Positions 13,023 through 24,280 of a DNA stretch of 64,000 bases are shown here, piece by piece. Source of the stretch: Octopus bimaculoides (taxonomy: Eukaryota); NCBI RefSeq assembly GCF_001194135.2, contig NC_068984.1, forward strand, positions 119,046,285 through 119,110,284. Direction: 5' to 3'. Below the pieces are notes generated by a model, which had not been told where the DNA came from, did not search any database, and worked only from the letters and a program-made list of their open reading frames with translations. Made by a program: the position numbers and the translations under genes. Within the stretch, counting starts at the first letter, position 1, and every line of letters begins with the position of its first letter.

Positions 13023-13064
13023 CTGATAGAGGGAATAAGAATTTATTCTTACTCCCTCTATCAG
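13023..13064. repeat. 20-bp hairpin/palindrome
   Basis: CTGATAGAGGGAATAAGAAT-TT-ATTCTTACTCCCTCTATCAG; 19 of 20 pairs. Confidence 0.9.
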
Positions 13065-13344
13065 CTGGTTCAAAGCACTCTTACGCTTAGGCCTAGCAAA
13101 GACGGGGTAAAGCAATTTGATAAATACGATGGTAAGGGGGTCTATCATTTGTAAGCATCATAGGTGGTGAGATAAGAATAGAGAAATATGAGTAAAAGAG
13201 GTGACTGAAGTGAATGGGGAGATGAAGATGATCAACATGTAGGTATGTTGGGGTGCAAGGTATGGTAGCATAAATATATATATATATACTTATATTTATA
13301 ACCCATGCTAGCATAGAAAGCAGACGTTAAACGATGATGATGAT

Positions 13345-13610
13345 GATATAATAACCACCACGCCGTCGCTTACAACAATGAGGGTTCCGGTTGATCTGAT
13401 CAACAGAACAGCTTGCTCATGAGATTAATGTGCAAGCGGCAGAGCACTCCACAAACATGTGTACCCCTTCACATACTTCTCAGAGAGATTCAGCGTGACA
13501 CAGAGTGTGACAAGACCAGCAACATGAAATAAAGTGTCATGCACAAAGGCACAACATGCCACCAGGAATCAAACTCATGACCCGAATACCCTAACCACTA
13601 AGCCATGCAC
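13345..13610 (-). mobile_element. tRNA-derived SINE, family C
   Basis: Reverse complement starts GTGCATGGCTTAGTGGTTAGGGTATTCGG..GAGTTTGATTCCTGG (Pol III A/B-box-like). Head is shared with 19190-19436 and 55372-55620. Confidence 0.75.
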
Positions 13611-13615
13611 TTTGT

Positions 13616-13804
13616 GTATATGTATGTATGTATGTATGTGTGTGTGTGTGTGTGTGTATATATGTGTGTATGTATGTNNNNNNNNNNNNNNNNNNNNNNN
13701 NNNNNNNNNNNNNNNNNNNNNNNNNNNNNNNNNNNNNNNNNNNNNNNNNNNNNNNNNNNNNNNNNNNNNNNNNNNNNNNNNNNNNNNNNNNNNNNNNNNN
13801 NNNN

Positions 13805-13855
<51 letters not shown>

Positions 13856-13870
13856 CACACACACACACAC
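13616..13870. repeat. Compound microsatellite (GTAT/GT/TA/CA) spanning an assembly gap
   Basis: Read directly. Other microsatellites: (GT)n at 1149, 3354, 15485; (TA)n at 2426, 4238; (CA)n at 12474; (ATGG)n at 49093; (ATAG)n near 50462; (CT)n at 62089. Confidence 0.95.
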
Positions 13871-15483
13871 ATCACACATTTATGCACAGAAATACAATGG
13901 AAATTGACTCATCAGTAACAGGTGTCCACTAAATAGTAAATGCCATCTAAAAAGTGTCATATTGTGTGCTATGGTCTTATACAGGGACAACACAAAGTCA
14001 TATAGGCTTGACAGGAAATACTTTCAAAATCATGTACAACCAACATACCTTCAGACATGAAGGTAGAGAGGGAGAGAGAAATAGAGAGATATGACAATGC
14101 TCTCCGTCTTCATCTTGCACAAAGGACAATGGTATAAGTATAATGACTGGTCAATACTGAATCCATAACTACATACAGGTTTAAATGCCTTATTGTCCAT
14201 TAAAAAATACTACATCCTGCCACAACAATTACAACTATTGAATTTGAAATTAGAACAAGAAAAATTCATACTATGAACATTCTCTCTACCAACTAGATAA
14301 TTCTGCTCACCCTTGAATGATCTAAAAGGATTTATTTCCACACTTACAAAACTATTTTCCAAATTCAATTTCTTCATCTATTTTCTGTCGTACAGTCTTC
14401 CTGCCATTTAATCAGCAACACCTTTTTGTTCGGCCAGCTACCATTCCATAATGCCTACCTCCCGACATACTACATTCCTATTATAGGCACATTACATATA
14501 CCTTGGTAGATTTCAGTTGGTTCTCTTTAAACCAGTTCCTATCCGATGGATAGTAACTGGTTTAACTATGTTACATATAATCAATCCCTATTTTGCCTGC
14601 TCACAAAACAGAGTCCATAGATGATGCATAATTTGAATTCCACTGACTTCCATTTTACTAGCACAATTCCTGTTTTTCATTATATTCTTCATACCCTTTA
14701 CATCCATAAACAGCCTATTTTGTACATATTCTTTTACCATTACAATTTCAAATTTTCCAACACTGATGCTTGTATGTGGACTTACATGTTTATGCATCTG
14801 TGTATTTTTATATACATATTTGTATTTGTATATATGTAATTCACTTGTGTAAGTTTTTACAGTTTATTACTTGCATCTAAAGCAATTCCTTTAAATGTGA
14901 GGATGCACTTATCCTTACACAGGAGTGTGAATGCCTCTCAAGGCCTCAACCATACATGTAATTGTACTCAGGTGTTCTTGTATGTACATGTGGTTGCATG
15001 TGTGTGTATATGTATATAGGCATACACAAGTCGGTATGAGTATATTAGCATATAGGTAAATATGCGCATCTACTATGCTTGCATGTATGCATAAGCATAT
15101 CTGGATATGTATAAATAAACTTTTGCACATTCCCACGTTCCAACTTTTGTCAACATATCTGTAAACGTTTATGAATGACAATATATGTGAATTTGTTTTA
15201 TTCTGCATATGTCATGCTAGGTTTGTGAATGTATATGTATACGTGATTGCCTACGTATATCTGCTTGTATGTAGACATGCAGTGTAGTTTTGTTTCGTTC
15301 ATGTAGTTCAGTGTATGTCATGTACATATGTATATGCAGTTATGTGCATGCAGTGTTTTATTTGTGTATGTATTTCATCATCATCATTTAACATCTGTTT
15401 TCTATGCTGGAATGGGTTGGAAGGTTTGACAGGAGCTGGGCAGACTCCAATTGTGTGTTTTGGCATGGTTTCTATACAGTTGG

Positions 15484-15516
<33 letters not shown>

Positions 15517-15779
15517 GCCTTAGTCTTTAAAGAAACTTTTTGGTGTGTGTATCTTTACAGATGTGCTTGAGTATGTAAGAGTGTTTGTATGTGCATGCAA
15601 GAGAGTATGGAGGAGTATGTGCATGTGCATGTGCATATGTTTATACAAGTTTGTAGTTGCATATAGCTATGTGTATGTAAATATATTTCCATATACACAC
15701 ACCCCAATCTAGTCTATATTCTCCTTTATACTCACCTCTTACTTTGAGAGAATACTGATACTATCTCCACAGTCTTTAA

Positions 15780-15998
15780 CTCTTTAGCTTTTAAACTTGC
15801 CATATCCAGTCAAAATATTCTACCTGCTTTATGTCGAAACTGGTCAGGTCTGGACTCTCACATCCACCATACAATGCCTTTCTAAAAATCATTATCACAT
15901 TATTGAAACCTCAAAGCTATAAGATAATACATGTTTAATTCAAAACAATGTGAATAAATAATCATTATATTTGACAGAGTAATCTGAATATTAAAGGG
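15780..15998 (-). mobile_element. TTAA-flanked piggyBac-type MITE
   Basis: TTAA at 15776-15779 and 15999-16002; ends CTCTTTAGC...TTAAAGGG; reverse of the 36298 copy. Confidence 0.8.
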
Positions 15999-16169
15999 TT
16001 AAATACCTTCCAGTTACTCTCATCCACCCTCATATAACACAGGTTAGCCATGTATCTCCCCTATAGCAAGACACTTGAGCTTGTCCCTGTATCATACTTT
16101 AGCCTTCATCATCTCACACAAAACCATCTCCCTATCAGTGGAGAGGCTTTTTCTTTTTCCTTTCTTGTC

Positions 16170-16485
16170 TTGCAAATTACTTGGTGAGCTCACTAGTGCT
16201 AAAAAGCACCCAGTACAAACTGTAAAGTGGCTGACATTAAGAAGGGCATCCAGCTGTAGAGACCATGCTAAAGCCAATACTGGAACCCATCAGTCCTGTG
16301 ACTTGTCAGATCCAGTCAAACCATCCAACCCACTGTAAAGTGACTAGCATTAATAAGGGCATCCAGCTGTAGAGACCATACCAAAGCCAATATTGGAACT
16401 CAATGCAGTCCTGTGACTAGTCAGATTCAGTCAAACCATCCAACCCATGCTAGCATGAAAAATGAACATTAAATGATAATGATGA
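16170..16485 (+). mobile_element. LINE/SINE 3' tail with an internal 113-bp tandem duplication
   Basis: AAGGGCATCCAGCTGTAGAGACCAT...CCATCCAACCCA occurs twice (period 113), then CCCATGCTAGCATG...ATGATAATGATG tail. Confidence 0.8.
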
Positions 16486-19189
16486 CAGCAGGGTTATGCG
16501 GTTGGGGAGCTCATTTCCCAGTTGCATGGTTTGGAGTTCAGTCTCATTGTGTAGGACTTTAGGAAAGTGTCTTCTACTGAAGCTGATCAGTGCCTTGTTT
16601 AATTTGGTGGATAGCAGCAATAAGTTTGTTGTGTGTTGTATGTAAATGCTTACATTCTACACTTTGCATGGAAAAGTGTTGAGCTACAAACAATGAAGCT
16701 TGTTGTCATTCCTTGTGAACAAATTGCCTACCAGCACTGTGCCTTCAAAGATGTGTGAAATAAAAAAAAAACTTATTTGAAAAACGGGTAAACATTGGTA
16801 AGAAGAAGAGCATCTAGCCATAAATCAATGCTTGAAGAGTAAGTATTCATCTAAGCCATGTTAATATGTAAAACTGGACATAAAATTAATTATATAGCTG
16901 GATATAAGGATCAAGTAATTTTTTTCTCTCTTCATCCAAATGAGTTACATTTACTTTCAGTTATCATGTGGTATACCAGAGATTTTTTTTTTCTTGAAAT
17001 AATTGGGTTTTTTGCTATCTATATAAGCAAGCATTATGTAATTTTAATTTCACTTTGATAACATTTGTATAAAAATTTCAGCTCCCGAGTCAGATATAGC
17101 TTCTTAACTATAACAAGATAAGCACTCTTACATTCTGAGATCTATTTCTTTGCAATAAGAATCAAATTTCATACTCCTGAATTGATGAGTACCATCCAAC
17201 CATCATAAAAAAAAAATGCCTATAAACCAACATGATCCAATATTCAGTGAAGAATATGTGAAACCCACAAAATATATATATGAAAAATGTTTCATGAATA
17301 TAGAATACCTTATTATAAGCTCGGAATGTGTGCTTCTTTTGGAAGGGATGACATGAAAACTTAGAGCACTAAATTCATGTATGCAAAGATAATCACTTCA
17401 CATATGAAGGAAACACTTAGAATGACAAGTAAAGAGAACCCTACAAGTCAAGATAAACACGAGGCCTTGCTATTATTGAGAATTGCTACAATTTCACATT
17501 AGTGAGATTTCAACTGTCAACAGCTACTAACAGTTAACAGAGTTTAAGATAAAAAGAACTGCTCCCACACCTAAGACAACACTGAAACAATAGACATCCT
17601 AGAACACAAAAAGAAAAGACAGACCACCCAATTGATTCTCATTCAGTCATTCACCAAAAGATTCCAACCTGTACCCATTGACATGCTGTCTCCTCACTAC
17701 TTTTACATTAATATCTGAAGTGTCCTCTGCTCCTCAAGGCTGATTTTTCCACTCAGGTCTTCCAAATCCATGTCTGTTTTTGTCACTTATATGGTGACAT
17801 CCCCAAATCCCAAACACAGTACTGTCCACTTTACCAAGGTCTTCCTTCCACAAAGAGAAACTCTCTAGAATACCCTACCTGCATTTGACAAGCATTTACC
17901 ATATTCATCAACTCTCAAGACCCTTCAAAATCCATGGGCACAACCCCCTCATCCAACTCAATCCCTTACAAATAAATATAAAGAATTCCACAAAATGTTA
18001 TTTCCCAAAAGCTATGGTTCAAAGTTCTTAAATTCTATATGAGAAGAGAATATCCAAAATTGATCTTATTACATCAGTAGAGCATTTTACTAGCTCCTGA
18101 CTTCACTTCAAAATAAAAAGACAAAAAAAAGAAATTTGGAAATTTGAGTTACTAGTTAAAACAAAGATGTGGGTTTTATATTTTTTTCATGTTCTGAAGT
18201 CCAAATATCTAGGATACAGCTGAGTTTTTTTTTTTTATCATTTACTTTGGTTTTTTTTTTTTACTGCAGTTAGGTTATGTGCCAAAAAGAATAAAACAAG
18301 AGAAAACTGCTGCTGCAGCAAGCTGTCATGTACACCTACTGCTGCTGATTATTCAGTTAATCTCATCCTGCTGCTTTTGCACCAAGTATGCAGGAGTGAT
18401 GAAGGATGGATATATTTAAGAAAGATAAGAGAAAACCACTCATCTTTAACTTGGAAATGTCAATGAGGAGACAGACAAAAGTATTAACATGCCTTTTTCT
18501 TTATTCATTAGCCTCAGAAGAGGTTAATACTTCTTTTCCTTTTCATTATTTAAACATCTAGATTGGAAGAGAAACATATTTTGAGTGAGATTAATCCGAT
18601 GTCCAGTTTCAACTGTTATAGGTCAGGAAAAATAGGATACTAACTACTTGGACATCATGCATACGCACACCTCTCTAGCTTATGAAGGAAATTACTCCAT
18701 TTGGCAATTTTTCACTTACCTAGGTTCTACAATTACTAAACAAATAAGCTGAATTCTTTTTGTTTTCTTTGAACAACTATAGCAATTTCTACTCTTCTAT
18801 ACTATCTCTACATACGCTTATGCAATGAACCTACTTCACTTCTTCCAAAATACCCCTTCTCCAAACCTTGTACAAAATCCCTTTTCTACACACTCTGAAA
18901 AGGATGTGATTACTGCTTTTACTTCCAACTACTTATTAGAAACAGTAGTTCCTGAGAGATACAATTTGTAGGAAGAAGCAACAAGTGATTAGCACAAGAG
19001 AAGAAAACAGCCATATTCAATTATTTTGTCAAGTTCAGATGAACATATACCTTTTGCAGTAGCAAGGGAAGAGACAGAAAAGATACAAATTAATGATGAT
19101 TCAGAGGTTGCTTAGTTTATTAAGTAGACAGCTGTTTTTCTTTCCTTATACTAAAAAAAGAGTAAAGTCATGAATGACCATGGGATTGC

Positions 19190-19436
19190 ATCTAGAAAGT
19201 TATCCTGTAAGACACAAGTTGGCAAGGGTTGTTTATGGAAGACCAGCAGTTGCCCATGCATACCAGCCTCTCCTCTTCACATCACCGATGTTATCCAAGA
19301 GAAAACCAAAGGCTGATACAACTTGGCGAAATAAAATGTCTTGCTCAAGAACACAACAGACAGCTTGGTCTGGAAATTAAACTCACCTCATGATTGTGAG
19401 CCAGACACTCTCACCACTGAGCCATATGCCTTCACT
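19190..19436 (-). mobile_element. tRNA-derived SINE, family C head
   Basis: Reverse complement GTGAAGGCATATGGCTCAGTGGTGAGAG...TGTGTTCTTGAGCAAGACA. Confidence 0.7.
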
Positions 19437-19929
19437 TTTCTTATACTAGTAGCTTAAATAATAAATAAACTTGATCCGTTTGGACATGGGTTGGTTATAT
19501 TTTTCGCTGTTCTTGTATCAGCCCAAAACTGATTTAGAGATAATCCAATTAGATACATTTATACAGTATCATTTTAAGCACACCCTGGGAAAGGTGCCAT
19601 CCATTTAAAAAGCACCCTCACCAACTGCCCTTATCCATGCAGAGCTGATGACCAAACCAACATAACCTTCCATTTCTTTAATGTCACACATACCAAAGCA
19701 GTCTCTTCGGTTGATAAAAGCAATTATGATAATAAACTTTTGGTCTGATTGCCTTGATTTAATGGATTTGGGAATTACTAGTCATTTTCCCTCTTTTTAG
19801 AGGAAAAGAGAAATTCTGTAGAACAATTTGAATGGGAGAAGAAAACAAAGCATAATATTAAAGAAAGAAAAAGCAATAGAACTAGAGGAATGAGAAATAC
19901 TACTGAAGTGGTTGATAAATATCTTCTGA

Positions 19930-20250
19930 AGATTTCGTCTCAATGTAAAGGCATTGTTGCTGTTTGATAATGCTCCTACTCACCCTAATGCTGAGTGGTA
20001 GACATAGCTTTTTTAAACATATTTTTCTCCTAACACATCTTCAATTATTCAGTCAATAAACAAAGGACTAATTGTTGCATGCTAGGCTGTGTATGAAGAA
20101 TTTTTTTTGGAAGAAATAATGGCTGTGTTGGAGAATGAAGAAACAAGGGCGATCAGGACAAGGAATCTCATAGATACTGCCAGCCACTACACAGGGAGGT
20201 CTTCTGGTTGAGATTATCTTTACTATGAAAATTTGCAGCAATTCAGAACA
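19930..20250 (+). mobile_element. Tigger/Jerky-type DDE transposase relic
   Basis: VKALLLFDNAPTHP and PNTSSIIQSINKGLI match DDE_1 motifs LLLDNAPAHP and PNTTSLIQPMDQGVI. Confidence 0.75.
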
Positions 20251-23200
20251 ATCACAAGAAACAAATGAAGCTAGATATCTTCCTTAAGCTAACTCTCCTG
20301 ACCCTAACACCCATTCCATTACCAACAGCCAATACATCACAACTGTCAATCAACAAAACAATTGAAATTAATGACTTCATTTGTGTACATTTCAGAAGAG
20401 TCTGGAAGTGGTGGATATCATTCATCTCCAGCTTCTGACACTGAATGAAAACAAATGTACTATGATCATAGCAAAGCACTCAGCTACACTGTCTAAAAAG
20501 TAAATAAATTTCTATATTATATTCATCATATTATATTAATATTCTTTTTTTATGATTCATGTATTTTATATTGAAACCTTTCTTTTTTACATTCAAAATA
20601 ATACAACCTTTAGGTTATTTTCAATATAATAGACTTTCACCACTCCCCACCATCTGTTCATTTATCTTTGATTTGATAGAACAACATCTCATCCTACTCC
20701 ATCTTTTAAATTGAGGGTTTACCATATCTGACAGGTTGCCATCCAGAAGTTATAGAGAAATGGAAGGTACTTAAAAACTATATGAAGCAGCCAGCCTGCT
20801 CTAGGAAGTATACAAGGGATAAGCTCCTTCAGAAAAAAATGTCACAGATACATACCAGCTATAAAAGGTAGACCTGATATAAATAAGATTCCTTATTGGG
20901 AAGCAAACTAATTCAGTCTGTATGAAAACTAACCTGGTGATAATCATAAAATTTTTACTTCAAACAAATGAAGTGACCTAAAAAGATCCAGCAATGGAGA
21001 TATGACAATACAGTCTCATTCAACAGTTACCAAGACACAGTCATTATATATCACACAAAACTACATTATTTCTATTCATCAACAATAAAACCCTTCAAAC
21101 AAATAATAGGATTCTTAATGCCTGATGACCTTTCATAAGCTTTTCCTTGAATGTCTGACACTACTTCAGTTCTGAACTTCTCCTGACCTTCTCTCAACAA
21201 AACAGTGTGCCTCACATTAGAATGTTTCTCTAATGTATGGGTCAGTTCCACAATACACACAAATTTTTGATTATATAAAAAGGATTGGGAAACCTGTACT
21301 TGCCAAAATACATCTAGATCAACTCTTTATTTTACATTTGTCTTTAGTGTACTTCAACAGTCCTTGCATCCTGTATGAGTAAGACAAACAAATGATGCAC
21401 ATGATTTTTCTTTTATACTTTCACACCCAAAATCTACAGTAAAAACTTTGCCCAATCCTTTTCTCCATGAGAACTGCAACCATCTTCAGTCAATGATTTA
21501 TTCACAAAAGGTCAAGATGAACCAAAGATACAGTTAATGTCTGAGAAGATCTACAAAAAGCTATGGGCACAAACTCTTTTCTACCAACTGAATAATATAT
21601 TTTTGAACACCTTTATAGTTTTAAGTGAAATGCCAATAGACAAAAGCCAAGTGCTAGCAAGCTAAGTCATAACAAAAGATGTCTTTTCTTGCAGACTGCT
21701 TTATATTGCTTAGCCCAGAAATAAATTTAGGGAAAAGAAAAAGAGCAACAATTCTTTCGGACATAGCAAAGAAAGAGATTATATCGACAAATGTATAATA
21801 GTTTACCACCTTTTGTTTTGGCCTTACTTTGTCTCTCACATTCACAATGTGCTAAATTAAAATATACAAAAGATTTAGACCAAGACAGATAACTCTGCTA
21901 GATTTCTGATTGATCAAACAGGTAGATCAATAAAAAAGTAAGGACACTGGATAAGACTTTATGATTTTATCATAGCATGCAGTTTTAACAATGGAAACCT
22001 CACCCGTTTTGTTGATCTCTTCATTGAAGACAATAACACTTCAAGAAATACAATGATGCTGTTACATTTGCTAGTTAGGTGTACATGTTATTTAGAGTTA
22101 CTCCTGCATCTCCCACCACAATTACACTGCTAGAAATTTTTTAAAATTATAATATGCACAAGACAGCATTTGCATAGGAATTAAAATCCCAATGTAATTA
22201 AACTATGCTATTATTAACCAGAATCTGATTTAATTTCCTCATTAAAACACATCTACATGTGTGCATGCACATGCACACACACAGAGAATCTTAATAGCCC
22301 TGAAACTGTAAACGTATCCTTGACAATCATTTAAAAGGAAAATATTACGTTAATATAATTAATTTTGGTTAATATCACTTTGGCTATTTCATTTATTTAT
22401 ATAGCTTAACTTTTGCAATAGCTAATTTAGTTTTCTACAACACTTGTTTTAAATTCAAATTTATATTTAGAGACGCTGACTTCTGACAGGATACTGAAGA
22501 TGACATGTTTAAAGTTTTTACTTTATTTGAATTTTCTGGTAAGTTGACAGTATTAAAAGCCAGGTTTCTATAAAAAAAAAATCAATGTAGTTCACACTGA
22601 ATACTAACCATTTCAAACATTTGAACACCTTCACATCTTCCAGTTTCATAATTATAGAAAGTATAAGACTTTATTTATAAATCAACATTGTTTTTTTAAA
22701 ATAAATTTGCATAAATCTATGCCTAAGGTATCATATAAGCTCTAAATTATTTGCATCTCTTCTCACATACTTCAAAAGACATGTATCCACTAGTCAACTT
22801 CATTGAATGTAACTGTGCATTTTTCTATTAGCCATTAAATCGGAAGGGGTGACTTTTCCGAAAAAAAGAGGGTGGGGTGACCATCAGATTTATGAAGTTA
22901 TGGCATCAAAGAGAATGCCATCAAAAGAATGTACACACAAAGTACAAAGATAACTTTGAGATAAGTCCTCACTAAAAGAAAGCATCAAATACCTTGACTA
23001 CTCTGGTATAATACTAAATGAAAAGCATTTTCCAAGTCGTAGTATCTTCGTCCCTGCTTGCAATAAACATTTTTCCATCTATCAATAAGTAATGAAACTG
23101 CTATACCAAAAAAAATGTAGATATTGAGAGAAATTATTGAAAAAAAATTCATATTTAAGAAAAATACACATACAACAAAGTATATCACCTTCCTGGGGTG

Positions 23201-23469
23201 GAGATGAAACTGCTTCTAAACAGAACAGCACATCATGTATATTACATACATAAAAATGATTGAGAAAAAAATACTATCAAAGACTTTGTTAGATAAATAA
23301 TGAACTAAGAGACTTCAAAATAAATTGGAAAAGAAAAGAGGTCTACAACATTAGTAATAATGGACATTCCATATTGGACATTGAAGCCAATGTTGAAGAA
23401 CCCAGTGAAATGGATTTGACAGTCAAATGAATGGTCCATGAAGGTTATAGATATATATAGCCTTCCTAA

Positions 23470-23615
23470 TCCTTTAACATTTAAACTGGCCATATCCAAC
23501 CCAAATATTCTACCTGTTTTATATTCAAACTGACCAGATCTAGTTTCTCACACCTGTATTACAATGTCATTCTAAAAATAAACTATCACACCATCAAAAT
23601 CTCAATGCTAAAGAA
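23470..23615 (-). mobile_element. Internally deleted piggyBac-type MITE
   Basis: Matches the 15780 copy at both ends; followed by TTAA at 23616-23619. Confidence 0.65.
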
Positions 23616-23899
23616 TTAAGTATCTTGGAGAGAAACTGTACCACAAAAGATTCCTGAAATTAATAAAAATGAAAGTCTCAGAGACAGATATAAAAGTATT
23701 TCTCTAAAGAGGAAGTATACATAGTAGTCAAGGATAAATGGACAGAGAGAGAGAGCGCGAGAGAGAGATAGAAAGTGAGAGTGTATAGTGATAGCTTACT
23801 AAGAAGCGAGGAACTCTGTTACCAACAAGTAACAGAGACGTGGAAGAAAAGATAAAAAAATGTAAAGCTTAGTTGGAATCCAGGTGTAAGTCTAGAAGA

Positions 23900-24280
23900 C
23901 ATGTTTTAAGAGTACTTAACAGACTGAAACAGGATTTCTGATATGCTAAAAATGGCGGATGAAAACACAAAATGCTTCGAACATCAAGACTGATAATAAC
24001 TCCGGATGCTACTGACAGTAGTATATGCATAATATGGGCACTCACTAAGAATGGGGAGAATGCCATGTGGAAGTATTATTATTAGTGACTGTTAAATAAG
24101 AAATTGACTTGAGGTGAGGAGAATATACAGCAAGAAAACCTGGTAAGTAGACTAAGTATACAAATTAGGGAAGCATTGGTAATCTAAGTGCTTAGAAAGA
24201 TGAAAGCTGAGACACCTACTGATCCTTAAGTGTTACAACAAAAATGTTAAAAGTTGCTGGATGGGAGGATGAGCTAATAA
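23900..24280 (+). mobile_element. Decayed RTE-like LINE fragment (RT N-terminal region)
   Basis: Remnants resembling W..HY..LLN and KA.GP..I..EMLK.AG motifs. Confidence 0.4.

Noticed and set aside
21072-21260. ORF MCIVELTH...QGKAYERSS
   Set aside because: More likely a decayed LINE RT remnant (LRQLQEK/EKAYD-like) than a host exon.
22840-22861. Plus-strand hairpin TCGGAAGGG-GTGA-CTTTTCCGA with a GNRA loop followed by an A run
   Set aside because: Only 9 bp with two G-U pairs, antisense to the host gene, and no further ncRNA features; could be chance.
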